A DNA stretch of 64,000 nucleotides from Nitrospinaceae bacterium (GCA_965223665.1 OZ245011.1:4128001-4192000); one strand, 5' to 3'; shown: positions 36,301-45,691, numbered from the stretch's first letter. Made by a program: numbers and translations. Notes: a model not told the origin generated them from the letters alone.

Positions 36301-37650
36301 TGTTGGAGCAACGGTATCGCTCCCGTGGGAAATTGCAAATTTGTCTCGAATCAACCCATCGTCATCTAAAAATAGGCCTTCCAAACGGTTTGCATAGATA
36401 TCTAAAACCATTGATCCCACAATGCGGTCTCCCATATCCAACTCTTTGTACATAAGTGGATGCTTAGTCGAACTGTTTGTGGAAATATGGCGACTGGACA
36501 TACCCATCACTGCGTAAACGGTTCCATCTTCTCCAGATTTGTTATATGCGCCATCCGCACCTGCTTCCGGAAGAGACATCCCATTCCCAGAAGTTAGTCG
36601 ACTTCCACTTTTAACTAAATAAGAACGTTCATACCAATGGTTATTTCCAGCTAAAACCAAATCAACACCATGGGATTCTAATATGGGTAATACATGGGTT
36701 CTTAATTCGATAGGGATTGAACTGTCATTATTGGCTGCATTTGAAAAAGCGGGGTTATGAAAAATAGTAATGATCCATTCCTGGTTAGTACTACTTAAAT
36801 CATTTTCCAACCATGTTAACATTTCTGAACCTGGCAATCTGGAACGAGTCAACGAATTTAAAACTACGAAATGAATATTGCCAAAATCAAATGAATAGAA
36901 ATCTTCAAATTCAGAGGCTATTCCGCCTAATTCTCCATTTTCTGGGAATTCAAAAATATCAAAAAAGGGACCCGTTTGATTATTGGTATTTGAATAAGGT
37001 TCTCCATCAGAAAAGGTTGTCCAAATGGCACCATTTCTCAATATCTCCGGATACATATCGAACAAGGCACCTTCATAAGCTCCATCAGATCCTTCGGAAT
37101 ATCCTCCATTTGTGTAGGCGTTATCCCCTAAAGCCAGAACTAAATCAGCGCGACGCTTTCCGGTGTAATTTTTAAATCGATCCCGAACATTGGCTGCATT
37201 AATATCTCCCGTTCCCGAATCACCAATGACCCAAACCCGAGTGGGATGAGGGGCACCTCCACTGGGAGGAGTCATAAAACTACCTCGGGCAGAACTTTCA
37301 TTTAATGGAGAACCTGTTGTTCCAATTTCATAATAGTAGCGAGTTCCTGGACTTAAATTTGTCAATTCGACTCGATGTTCCAATAAGCTTTCACAACTTC
37401 CACAAAGTGATTCTATCTTTGGGGCATTATCTGTTTTTGTGAAACTGTAACTACTAATCGATGTTCCATAATGAACCGTATTGTTGGCGGATTCTGAGTC
37501 GTTCACCCTCCACTTTATTATTACATTGGTAGCGCTTAATTTTTGTAAATAGGGACCCCGATCTACAGTTCCAGCAAATGCTGAAGATTGAAATATAATT
37601 GAAAGCAAAGAAATAAAAAGAAAACTTTTGGTGGGAAAATAATTTTTCAT
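33334..37650 (-). CDS. Giant secreted protein C: PAP-like head + Ig-like + 3 DNRLRE/CBM96-like + 4 HYR-like domains; distant paralogue of A/B
   Basis: Signal peptide ending AFA-G; RGPYLQ, GDSG, GDNAY, YSFDFGNIHF, YERS; QFSEPV; same repeat units; RBS AGGAG. Confidence 0.9.
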   Translation of the reverse strand: MKNYFPTKSFLFISLLSIIFQSSAFAGTVDRGPYLQKLSATNVIIKWRVNDSESANNTVHYGTSISSYSFTKTDNAPKIESLCGSCESLLEHRVELTNLSPGTRYYYEIGTTGSPLNESSARGSFMTPPSGGAPHPTRVWVIGDSGTGDINAANVRDRFKNYTGKRRADLVLALGDNAYTNGGYSEGSDGAYEGALFDMYPEILRNGAIWTTFSDGEPYSNTNNQTGPFFDIFEFPENGELGGIASEFEDFYSFDFGNIHFVVLNSLTRSRLPGSEMLTWLENDLSSTNQEWIITIFHNPAFSNAANNDSSIPIELRTHVLPILESHGVDLVLAGNNHWYERSYLVKSGSRLTSGNGMSLPEAGADGAYNKSGEDGTVYAVMGMSSRHISTNSSTKHPLMYKELDMGDRIVGSMVLDIYANRLEGLFLDDDGLIRDKFAISHGSDTVAPTLFSIRRINSTTLDIQFSEPVEEASAETNSNYSLDNGVSISSAERQSDPRVVRLTTSSSISESQTLTVVNVKDYAAGIAIPNPGIQFSIDENTPGSGGGSPPSPPNNTTVSFQNGINGYSGTQDAYLRESSPNSNFGNATFLLGDGSDADPNNGNFGEVTSVISWDTSSIPTNAVVESASIILDLFNISSGNYNLYEANAVWAENTVNWNTFEGSGAIGSTILGTIPPNVFNLNEIILNGNGIGLVQGWVDGSIANNGIIIKSGGTSDGIDLDSSEAPSGQPKLVITYSVPSTGDDTESPVVTAPSNITSEATGITTPVNIGTATATDNEGVTSLTHDAPAEFPVGTTTVTWTAQDAAGNIGTDTQTITIVDTTYPVVIAPEDLTTVTSEETTPVDIGTATATDEVGVTSLTHDAPAEFPIGTTTVTWTAQDAAGNSNSDTQIITVEESTGAPITKIFQDGSSPTSEYNGTRDSILRQSSPENNYGTGNFLTADLVQPDPDNGKYGEVISIVSWDISSIPSNAIIQSVSITFNLYNLSSGEFNLLEATGSWTETTTTWNSFGSNIGSTVLGTILAGILGENIIDLNSSGINLVQNWVNGSNSNNGIIIKEKNSNNDGIFFNSREAANGKPKLTIIYSLPGSGGDTESPIVNAPANINTEATGITTSVNIGTATATDNVGVTSLTHDAPAEFPIGTTIVTWTAQDAAGNTGTDSQTITIVDTTAPVVTAPADINTQATGETTPVDIGTATATDSVGVTSIIHDAPAEFPIGTTIVTWTAQDAAGNTGTDSQTIIVEAVPSGPFTMDFQDNVDPDTSYTGTRDAQLRETSPSQNEGLGTDLWADGRAKDPINGLNGELMSIIKWDISSIPSSADIQSVSIVLDLFNGSSSSHEIFQAKSSWAETTVNWNAFTDASNIGTDVIGVVPSTSSELRTITLNQLGIDLVKGWIDGSIPNDGLIIRSTGSSNGIGIRSRENFGRGPKISITYTLPY
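33920..34380 (-). repeat. Internal tandem HYR-like repeat, 228-nt period (a second pair lies at ~34960-35420)
   Basis: gaatcggttcccgtattgccggcagcatcttg occurs at 33938 and 34166; protein unit HDAPAEFP(I/V)GTT.VTWTAQDAAGN occurs four times. Confidence 0.85.
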
Positions 37651-38184
37651 AAGCTCCTGATAAAAAAATAGCTATGCAGAAATTAATATAGTTCTGAAAT
37701 TTGAAATTATGTTTTGTAGTTAGGAAGCAAGAAATGGTAAAGCCTGCCAATACTTTACCTTCAAAGTTGATGCCAAATTGAATGACTTTTTCATTGCAAA
37801 TTTAAAGGAAGGGGAAAATTAATTAAACCAATTGAGAAAGGTAATCAAGTGTTATTAATAAAGGGGAATCGTGGGTTGAGGAAAAATAAGTTTTTTTTGA
37901 AAAAAAGTTTTTTAAAAATAAGTAGAGATAAATATCGGAAAATCTATGATTTATTGTGAGTTAGATTGAGCGTTTTGTTAAATTATTTATACTCTTATTA
38001 AAAAATTAGCCACCCAAAATTTTTCTATGAATAATTAACTTAAATGAAAATTTTTTCTGATATCGAAAAATTTATAAATAATTTTTCGAGTATCCGAAGT
38101 ATGTGATTAGGGTTGGAAATAGTGGCGAGCAAAAATTTTTATAAATATAAATCGAATTTGGGTGCAGGAAAATAAAAGTAGAGA

Positions 38185-39348
38185 TTATTGGGCAAGGGAG
38201 GTTTTAATTATTTCGATTATCTTTTTTTGATCTTCATTGGACATATTAGTTCCCGATGGAAGACAAATTCCTCGATCGTAAATTTCCTCAGAAAAACTTT
38301 CATTTGGTCTATTAGCAAAATAGGAAACATTATTAAATACTGGTTGGAGATGAAGGGGTTTCCAAACTGGTCGGGCTTCAATATTTTGATTTATTAATGA
38401 TTGAATAACTTCTTGAGATGATGAGTTGCAAATTTTTGAGTTTATTGTCATGACGGTTAACCAACGAGTAGACTTTCCAAAAGAAGCCTCGGGCATGAAG
38501 CCAACTCCAGGAGTATTTTTGAAAGCTTCATAATAAATTTGAAATATTTCCCTTCTTTTTTGAACTCTTTGATCGAGTAGCTTAAGTTGTCCGCAGCCAA
38601 TGGCAGCAAGTACGTTGCTCATTCGGTAGTTGTAACCCAGTTCGCTGTGTTCATAATGAAGAACAGGATCTCTGGCTTGGGTAGACCAATAGCGAGCTTT
38701 TTCTAAAGCTTTGGTATCGTTAGAAATTAACATTCCGCCGCCTGAAGTTGTGATTATTTTATTGCCATTAAATGAAAAAATACCAAATTCCCCTAATGAA
38801 CCGCTAGATTTCCCTTTGTATGTGGCTCCCAAAGATTCAGCGGCATCCTCAATGATAGGAGTTTGGAATTTATCACAGATCTCTTTCAATTTATCAAAGT
38901 CTGCACTTTGACCATATAAATTTACAACAATAACGGCTTTCGGCATGCGATTTATTTTTTTTGCTTTTTCAAAAGCCCTTTCCAAAGCATTGGTAGATAA
39001 ATTCCATGTTTCAGGGTCTGAATCGATAAAAACCGGTTCTGCTCCCTGAAAAAGTATTGGTGTGGCACTACCAATGAAAGTAAAAGAAGAACAAAAAACT
39101 ACGTCACCTTGGCCTACATCCAATAAGCGCAATGCCAAATGAATAGCAGCTGTACCTGAGGAAACAGCCAATGCTCCTTTGATTCCTATATAATTTGCTA
39201 ATTCGTTTTCGAATTCTTCTTGGTGAGGACCGCAGGGGGCAATCCAATTAGACTCAAAGGCATCCTTCACAAATTCAATTTCTTGATCTCCCAAGTGCGG
39301 AGGAGAAAGGTATATTTTTTTAGAATAATCAGACATTGGATCCTGCAT
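38185..39348 (-). CDS. DegT/DnrJ/EryC1/StrS sugar aminotransferase, PglE/EpsN-like
   Basis: IYLSPPH, SSGTAAIHLAL, IEDAAESLG, SFNGNKIITTSGGG (PLP Lys), GYNYRMSN; start moved to 39348 to follow the upstream stop. Confidence 0.92.
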   Translation of the reverse strand: MQDPMSDYSKKIYLSPPHLGDQEIEFVKDAFESNWIAPCGPHQEEFENELANYIGIKGALAVSSGTAAIHLALRLLDVGQGDVVFCSSFTFIGSATPILFQGAEPVFIDSDPETWNLSTNALERAFEKAKKINRMPKAVIVVNLYGQSADFDKLKEICDKFQTPIIEDAAESLGATYKGKSSGSLGEFGIFSFNGNKIITTSGGGMLISNDTKALEKARYWSTQARDPVLHYEHSELGYNYRMSNVLAAIGCGQLKLLDQRVQKRREIFQIYYEAFKNTPGVGFMPEASFGKSTRWLTVMTINSKICNSSSQEVIQSLINQNIEARPVWKPLHLQPVFNNVSYFANRPNESFSEEIYDRGICLPSGTNMSNEDQKKIIEIIKTSLAQ

Positions 39349-39349
39349 A

Positions 39350-40135
39350 TTATTCCATAATACTTTCTTCGGTAATTTTTGCCTGGATTCTAAAACGTTT
39401 GCCATTTACTTCATAATAAGCAGATTCGTTTAATTTGTTAGTAGTTAGTGCACGAATACGGCAAATTAATTCATGAGCTTTGACAGTTTGGTTTAAATCA
39501 ATTCGTTGAAGATTTTCTTTAAATAAGTCTTGACTGTTATGGCTAGTACCTTTTTGGTTTTTTTGAGAAACTCTTTTGTAATTTTTCCTGGATAACTGCA
39601 GCCACGCAGCTTTAAATACTTTTAATTCCAATTCATTTATTCTTTTATATAAGCTGTGGGCTGTATCTCCTGACGAAATTTTTATTTGTTCCTGACAAAC
39701 AATATCTCCAGTATCTATATCCTCATCCATAAAATGTAATGTAGCACCAATTGGTGTATTATCTAAAATTGCCCAACTAGGGGTATGCCATCCACGATTA
39801 AAAGGTAGATATGCTGGATGTAAATTTAGAACACCATGCTTAGGTAAGCTTAAAACATCTTTGGGGACAATATATGGAAAATGGATTCCAAATATGTAAT
39901 CTAAATTTAAATTCTTAAGGGTTTCAATTCCCTTTTGTTCACGAAAAACTTTTCCTTTGAGGATTTTGTCCTTTTCTAAGAAGGGGACCATTGACTCTAA
40001 TGATTGGGCGTGGGAAGCCTTACTTTGAGATGGTACTAGTAATGCTAGTGGAGGAGAATTTTCCTTCAATAAAAACTTTAGGACTTTTACTGAAATTTCT
40101 CTATCGCCAGCAAATGCATAACGTATTTCTCCCAT
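39350..40135 (-). CDS. N10-formyl-THF-dependent sugar N-formyltransferase
   Basis: NLHPAYLPFNRG and GATLHFMDEDIDTGDI; short (261 aa) with IRALT tail; lies in a sugar operon. Confidence 0.85.
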   Translation of the reverse strand: MGEIRYAFAGDREISVKVLKFLLKENSPPLALLVPSQSKASHAQSLESMVPFLEKDKILKGKVFREQKGIETLKNLNLDYIFGIHFPYIVPKDVLSLPKHGVLNLHPAYLPFNRGWHTPSWAILDNTPIGATLHFMDEDIDTGDIVCQEQIKISSGDTAHSLYKRINELELKVFKAAWLQLSRKNYKRVSQKNQKGTSHNSQDLFKENLQRIDLNQTVKAHELICRIRALTTNKLNESAYYEVNGKRFRIQAKITEESIME

Positions 40136-40144
40136 TTTCTATCC

Positions 40145-41275
40145 TCAGTAGCTGTTAGTTTTGTTTAAAAGGTTTGAATTTAGTGAAAGCGTTTTTAGTA
40201 AGCTGATAATCTTCTCACCGGATTTCCCATCCCCATAAATATTTTTGAAGTTATTTCCTTTTAATTTTAGAGCAGAGTAGATTCCGTTTTTAATGTCGTC
40301 CGTATTTGTAAGAGTGTCGATTACGTTGTCATTGCGTTCTCGATCTTTCTGGCGAGATCCAATATTGACTGTTGGCAAATTAAAGGAAGCCGACTCGATT
40401 ATTCCACTACTTGAGTTTCCAATCATAACATCCACTGCAGCTAACCAAGATATAAATTTTTTGCGCGGTAAATGTACAACTCTTCGAAAGTATGGATTTT
40501 GGGAAAATTTGTCTACAGCTTCTCTTATTGAGTTTGCTCCGGCGTCTGAATTGGGCATTAGAATTAAAGATTGAAGAGAAGACCTAGAAAGAGCATCTAA
40601 GAGTTGTTGCATTTGGGATCCAGCATTTTTTTCTTCCTGTAACACAGGGTGAAAAATAACTAAAGCTATCGTTTTTGATGAATCAAAATTATATTCATCG
40701 CAAAGCTCCTGTTTGGAAAATTGGACCATTTGGTTTATTCCGTCTAATCCAGGAGCGCCTGTTACAAAGATATGTTTTTCTAATTCACCCATTCGAATTA
40801 ATCGTTCTTTTGATTTCTCTGTTGTAACAAAATGGTAGTGAGAAAGTTTGGAAATGGCATGACGAATAGGTTCATCCACCGTTCCAGAACGCTCTCCCCC
40901 ATGGATATGGGCCAGGGGTATATTTAAATGAATCGCTGCCAAAGCCCCAGCAAGTTGCTCTCCACGATCTCCTAAAACCATAACAAGGTCAGGGTTTTCT
41001 ATTTGAAATGCATCTACCATATTGATAATTTCTGTGCCAATAGATCTGGCCATGGAAGCTCCGGAAGTATCTTTCAAGTCAACGGAAATTTTACTGCAAA
41101 TCCTTAGGCCACTTTTTTCTATTTCTTTATAAGTATTACCATACTGTGGGGAAAGGTGCATTCCAGTTACACAAACTGAAATATCTAAATTAGGGTCTTG
41201 AGTGGCTTGAGATAAAGTCGATTCCATTAAACCAAAATCGGCGCGTGTTCCTGAAACATAAATGATTTTTCTCAT
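40145..41275 (-). CDS. neuC: Hydrolysing NDP-diamino-sugar 2-epimerase (NeuC/LegG family)
   Basis: GTRADFG, TGMHLS, LGDRGE, HIHGGE.SGTVDE..RHAISKLSH, GNSSSGIIE; ATGA overlap with neuB. Confidence 0.92.
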   Translation of the reverse strand: MRKIIYVSGTRADFGLMESTLSQATQDPNLDISVCVTGMHLSPQYGNTYKEIEKSGLRICSKISVDLKDTSGASMARSIGTEIINMVDAFQIENPDLVMVLGDRGEQLAGALAAIHLNIPLAHIHGGERSGTVDEPIRHAISKLSHYHFVTTEKSKERLIRMGELEKHIFVTGAPGLDGINQMVQFSKQELCDEYNFDSSKTIALVIFHPVLQEEKNAGSQMQQLLDALSRSSLQSLILMPNSDAGANSIREAVDKFSQNPYFRRVVHLPRKKFISWLAAVDVMIGNSSSGIIESASFNLPTVNIGSRQKDRERNDNVIDTLTNTDDIKNGIYSALKLKGNNFKNIYGDGKSGEKIISLLKTLSLNSNLLNKTNSY

Positions 41276-42318
41276 GTTTCCAAGTCTGTCCATTGAAGTG
41301 TATGCCACTGAGGAAGATTATGTCTGACTTTTAAGTTTACAACTTTATTTATTTCTTTAGGGGGGATTCCATTTCCGGGTCTCAGTAATACCAGCATTGC
41401 CGAATCTAATTTTTCTCCGGCTTTTAAATCTCGATTCAGTGTAATGCTTTTTCGCACTAAGGATCGGATGGGTAATTCAGATTCGCAAGGAGCTTTAATT
41501 CCATTCCCTAACGCATTAGAGATAGATCTGATGTTTTTAATCATTTCTATTAATTCAGTTGGTTCTAAAGAAGCTGAGTGGTCGGGGCCCGGAAGAGATC
41601 GATCTAAAGTAAAATGTTTTTCAACGATTTCGGCCCCCAACGTTACAGCAGCCGTTGCTATAAATATTCCTTCAGTATGATCAGAATAACCAACAGGTAA
41701 GTTGAATTTGTTTTTTAGGGTAAGCATAGCTTTTAAATTTACGTCTTTGGGAAGAGCAGGATAATTTGAAGTGCAGTGAAGTAGTGTTAGTTTTTCTGAA
41801 AGTGGTTCTTGGTATAGACAACTTTCCCGAGTTTCTCTGAAACAATGAACCGCTTCTTGAACTTCCTCTAAAGTGGACATCCCAGTTGAAATAATCAGTG
41901 GAATATTGGATTTGGCTAAATGGCTAATTAAAGGAAAATTTGTTATTTCTCCGGAGGGCAGTTTTAAACGTTTTACCCCTAAATCTAAAAGAAAATCTGC
42001 CGATTGTTCATCAAAGGGTGTGGACATAAATTCTATGTTAAGTTCATCACATCTTTTTTTTAATTTTTTGTGCAGAGAGGTAGAAAGTTCCAAAGATTGA
42101 AGCATGGAAAACTGATCATTTCCTCCAATTTGTTTTTTTTGATAATCGGCAAGTTGTGTGCCTGGCTTAGCTAGGGCCTCTGCCCGGAAGGATTGAAATT
42201 TAATTGCATCTGCACCTGCATGGACAGCAACTTCTACTAATTGTAAAGCAAGTTTCTCTGATCCATTATGATTTACCCCGGCTTCCGCAATGATAAAGCA
42301 ACTCGGTGCATTTACCAT
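41272..42318 (-). CDS. neuB: Nonulosonic acid synthase (NeuB/LegI family) with SAF domain
   Basis: IIAEAGVNHNGS, STPFD, ISTGMS, LHCTSNYP, GYSDHT, EKHFTLD, GPDH, RPGNGIPP. Confidence 0.95.
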   Translation of the reverse strand: MVNAPSCFIIAEAGVNHNGSEKLALQLVEVAVHAGADAIKFQSFRAEALAKPGTQLADYQKKQIGGNDQFSMLQSLELSTSLHKKLKKRCDELNIEFMSTPFDEQSADFLLDLGVKRLKLPSGEITNFPLISHLAKSNIPLIISTGMSTLEEVQEAVHCFRETRESCLYQEPLSEKLTLLHCTSNYPALPKDVNLKAMLTLKNKFNLPVGYSDHTEGIFIATAAVTLGAEIVEKHFTLDRSLPGPDHSASLEPTELIEMIKNIRSISNALGNGIKAPCESELPIRSLVRKSITLNRDLKAGEKLDSAMLVLLRPGNGIPPKEINKVVNLKVRHNLPQWHTLQWTDLET

Positions 42319-43121
42319 ACACTTAATCCACCATCGATAATAATATTTTGGCCAGTAATATATGAAGATGCGTCAGAGGCTAAAAATAAAACTGCTCCAC
42401 ACATTTCGTCAGCTTCTGCCATACGGCCTAAGGGAACTCGTTGGCTGTAACGGTCAATAAAAGTTTTATTTTGACCGCTAAATACTCCACCAGGGGTTAT
42501 GGCATTGACTCGAACTCCTTTGTGCCCCCAATAGGAAGCTAAATATTTTGTCAATCCCCATAAGGCTGCTTTACTAGTGCTATAAACTGCAGGCGTATTT
42601 ATACTTCGACCTTCATATTCGGAGCCTTCATAAATCCTTTGGTCAGGAGCTACAATTCCGTAGATGGAAAGAGTGTTGATGATGCTCCCCTTGTTTCGCT
42701 TGGCCATTTGAGTTCCAAACACTTGGCAACCTAACATAACACCCGTTGTATTAATTTCCATGACAGAATTCCAATCTTCTATTGGAAAGGACTCAAAGGG
42801 TTCAAAAAAATTTGGACTTTTTGCCGCTGCATTATTTATCAGTACATCTACTTCACCCATTTCTGAGATGATTTTGTTATTCAGAGTTTTTAAATCTGAT
42901 AGATTCGTAACATCTCCACCAAATGCATTTACCGAATTGGGATAGATTTCATTTATTTGATTTGCAAGTTGTGTCGCTTTTTCCAAGTTACGATCAAATA
43001 AAGCCAGACGAGCTCCTTTTTCGGCCAAAGCTTTAGTAAACTTTGTACCCAGAATTCCTGCTCCTCCAGTAAGAAGAACAATTTTACCATTTAGATCAAA
43101 ATTAATTCCGTTGTTTTTCAA
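42312..43121 (-). CDS. SDR oxidoreductase, PtmA-like
   Basis: TGGAGILG, NNAA, SIYG, YSTSK, ITGQNIIIDGG. Confidence 0.88.
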   Translation of the reverse strand: MKNNGINFDLNGKIVLLTGGAGILGTKFTKALAEKGARLALFDRNLEKATQLANQINEIYPNSVNAFGGDVTNLSDLKTLNNKIISEMGEVDVLINNAAAKSPNFFEPFESFPIEDWNSVMEINTTGVMLGCQVFGTQMAKRNKGSIINTLSIYGIVAPDQRIYEGSEYEGRSINTPAVYSTSKAALWGLTKYLASYWGHKGVRVNAITPGGVFSGQNKTFIDRYSQRVPLGRMAEADEMCGAVLFLASDASSYITGQNIIIDGGLSVW

Positions 43122-43800
43122 GTTTTTCTCTCATTAATAATTCTACCAATTTAAAGTCAAGAGGTTCATCAATATCAATTGATCTTTCACGGGGCATTAT
43201 ATGCAATTTTGTATTGCCATCCCATAAACCTTTTGACAAAGTTTCTAAATGCCAAACGTAAATTGAAGCATTCATTGAATATACTTTTGGAGCCATTTGT
43301 CTACTATAAACATTATTATTTGGACGTTTTACCAGCTGAAAATACCCTTGGGAATTTTGCTCCACCATATTGAAATAGGGATTTTTCTCAGCTTCATAGC
43401 CAGTAATGACAACGTCGGTATTCTCATCTAGGAGATTTAGGCAAGCAACAATATCTTCTAAATTTCGTAGGGGAGAAGTAGGATCTAAATCAACAATAGT
43501 TTTTACCTCAATTCCTGAGTTGGTCACCCAATCCACCAAGTGTTGGATGACTGGAATTTTTGCAGCCTTTTTAGTTGCCAATTCGGTTGGTCGTAAAAAT
43601 GGAACCTTTGCCCCAGCCTGACTTGCTGTTTCAGCGATTTCTGGGTCATCTGTAGAGACAAAAACATGATCAATTTTTGAACAAGAGAGGGCTTGCTCAA
43701 TAGTATGGTTGATTAGGGGTTTGCCTAATAACAATTTAATATTTTTTCTTGGGACTCCCTCTGATCCACCTCGAGCGCAAATTGTGCAAATGGTGCCCAT
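43102..43800 (-). CDS. neuA: Acylneuraminate cytidylyltransferase (NeuA/PtmB/LegF family)
   Basis: ICARGGSEGVPRKN, VSTDD, FLRP, LDPTSPLR, MNASIY, SIDID. Confidence 0.92.
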   Translation of the reverse strand: MGTICTICARGGSEGVPRKNIKLLLGKPLINHTIEQALSCSKIDHVFVSTDDPEIAETASQAGAKVPFLRPTELATKKAAKIPVIQHLVDWVTNSGIEVKTIVDLDPTSPLRNLEDIVACLNLLDENTDVVITGYEAEKNPYFNMVEQNSQGYFQLVKRPNNNVYSRQMAPKVYSMNASIYVWHLETLSKGLWDGNTKLHIMPRERSIDIDEPLDFKLVELLMREKLEKQRN

Positions 43801-44774
43801 TAATTTCCTCCATTATTAGCTAGCACGGCCAATGCAGCACTTTTTAAACCTTCTTGAATATCTTGCGAGGTTTGACTTTTGGTTCTTACAGCGTCCAAAA
43901 ACTCTTTCATTGCGGTAAAATACGTCTGTGAAACATCAAATCCCATTGGACCACAATTAATTGATTTTACACAATCTGGAAGCATTAAATCTAAACTCTT
44001 TTTTGGTAAATCCCAAATCAAAGTTCCTTTTTCACCAACGATTTCATAACGTCGATTGAGTTGTCTAGAAACATAATCCATTGAGACAGTTACTAAAGGG
44101 GAGCCCGTTTGTTTTCCCAAGAGAATAATCGCGGTATCTTCCGAATCAATTTCCAAGGAGCTGAATTTCCCTTTAAGTGACTTCACAGTATCAAATTCAC
44201 CAAATAGCCATCGTGCCATATCTAATTCATGAATCAAATCCATAATGACCCCGCCGCCCATGGATTTTTGAGCGCTATAACTTGATCTATAATTTTGGGA
44301 GGGGCGCCAATCAGGTAGCCACTGTCCAACAGAAAAGGAAGCACGTACGATCTTACCCAGATGATTGGATTTTATCAATTCCCTAACTTTTAACAAAGAG
44401 GGTAGAAAACGGAGATTGCAACCTACCATGGTTGTTTCAGAGTATTGGATTGATTCTAAATGGGTTTTTAATTTATCTATGTGGTTATTCTGAGTAACAA
44501 TTGGTTTTTCTATATATAAAGGGATTTTTGCTTCTAATAGTGGAATTAAGGTTTCAAAATGTAATGCGGAAGGATTACTTATTACCGCTATGCCCGGTTG
44601 AAGTGAAATGGCTGTGGAAAGATTATTTATTATTTTTGCATTTAATGATTCAGATAATTCATCTGTTAATTGGTTTTTTCTTACAAAGATGAAACGGCTA
44701 TTTGGGTCTATGGTAAAAAGGTTGTTAGCGTGTCTTTTTCCAATGGAACCAGTCCCTATAAACAAGCAGAGCAT
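43800..44774 (-). CDS. Gfo/Idh/MocA oxidoreductase, PtmF-like
   Basis: IGTGSIGKRH, IEKP, LPDWRP, GGGVIMDLIHELD. Confidence 0.88.
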   Translation of the reverse strand: MLCLFIGTGSIGKRHANNLFTIDPNSRFIFVRKNQLTDELSESLNAKIINNLSTAISLQPGIAVISNPSALHFETLIPLLEAKIPLYIEKPIVTQNNHIDKLKTHLESIQYSETTMVGCNLRFLPSLLKVRELIKSNHLGKIVRASFSVGQWLPDWRPSQNYRSSYSAQKSMGGGVIMDLIHELDMARWLFGEFDTVKSLKGKFSSLEIDSEDTAIILLGKQTGSPLVTVSMDYVSRQLNRRYEIVGEKGTLIWDLPKKSLDLMLPDCVKSINCGPMGFDVSQTYFTAMKEFLDAVRTKSQTSQDIQEGLKSAALAVLANNGGN

Positions 44775-45085
44775 AAAGTTTGAATTAAATTTGATTAGTA
44801 AAAAGAATATCGATAAGGTAAACCAACTTTGGTATAAACTTGGACTTTATAAAAAGTTATATTATTTTGGATTATTATAGATTTTAATTTGGGATAATTA
44901 CTTTTAAAAAATTTAAAGTTTATTTAAAAGAATGACATGACAATTAGTGGTTTGAAAGCTATAATTTAAATCTTAAATTGTTTGTATTTTCCTAGCCCAA
45001 AAGAATAAAGCAATATTATAAAAGTTTTATTTCTTCCAAATTTCTAAAATTTAACTAAAAAGATCAGTTTGAGGAATGTAATTCT

Positions 45086-45691
45086 GTGATAACAAAAGCT
45101 ATTCTGAATTCTACTTCAAAAGTTTCCCAACTACAAAGAGAAAAACTATTTAAACAAAAAGGAACCATTATTTGGTTAACGGGTCTTTCGGGTGCTGGGA
45201 AAACTACTCTATCCATTGCTTTGGAGCGAGCTCTTTTTGATCAGAAAGTATTGGTCAATCTTCTTGATGGAGATATTATTCGAAGTGGATTAAATAAAGA
45301 CCTTAACTTTTCTTCAGAGGATAGGTGTGAAAATATTCGACGAATTGGTGAAGTTGCTAAACTTTTCGCCAATCAAGCGTTTGTTGTAATTGTGGCTTTC
45401 ATTTCCCCCTTTCGAGCAGATAGAGATCGTGTTCGTAAGTCAATGGCGCCAGGTAGATTTATTGAAGTGTTTGTAGACTGTCCTTTAGAGGTTTGTGAAA
45501 GAAGGGACACTAAAGGTTTGTATAAAAAGGCTCGTGAAAAAGAAATTCAAGACTTTACTGGGATTTCGTCTCCATATGAACCTCCGGAATCCCCAGAAAT
45601 TCATCTTTATACTTCCAAGCAATCTGTAGAAGAGTGTGTAGAAAAAATGATGAGTTATCTTTTTAAATCTTCAAATTTTTTTATTTCCTAG
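45086..45691 (+). CDS. cysC: Adenylyl-sulfate kinase
   Basis: IWLTGLSGAGKTT, LDGD, ENIRRIGEV, FISPFR, KGLYKKAR, FTGISSPYEPP. Confidence 0.96.
   Translation: MITKAILNSTSKVSQLQREKLFKQKGTIIWLTGLSGAGKTTLSIALERALFDQKVLVNLLDGDIIRSGLNKDLNFSSEDRCENIRRIGEVAKLFANQAFVVIVAFISPFRADRDRVRKSMAPGRFIEVFVDCPLEVCERRDTKGLYKKAREKEIQDFTGISSPYEPPESPEIHLYTSKQSVEECVEKMMSYLFKSSNFFIS

Noticed and set aside
37760-37776. Sigma54 promoter for paralogue C (minus strand TTGGCATCAACTTTGAA)
   Set aside because: Spacing fits, but the -12 element is GA rather than GC and nothing else supports it
39350-40135. Methionyl-tRNA formyltransferase (fmt)
   Set aside because: Shorter than Fmt, lacks the HxSLLPxxRG form, has no def neighbour, and sits between sugar-pathway genes
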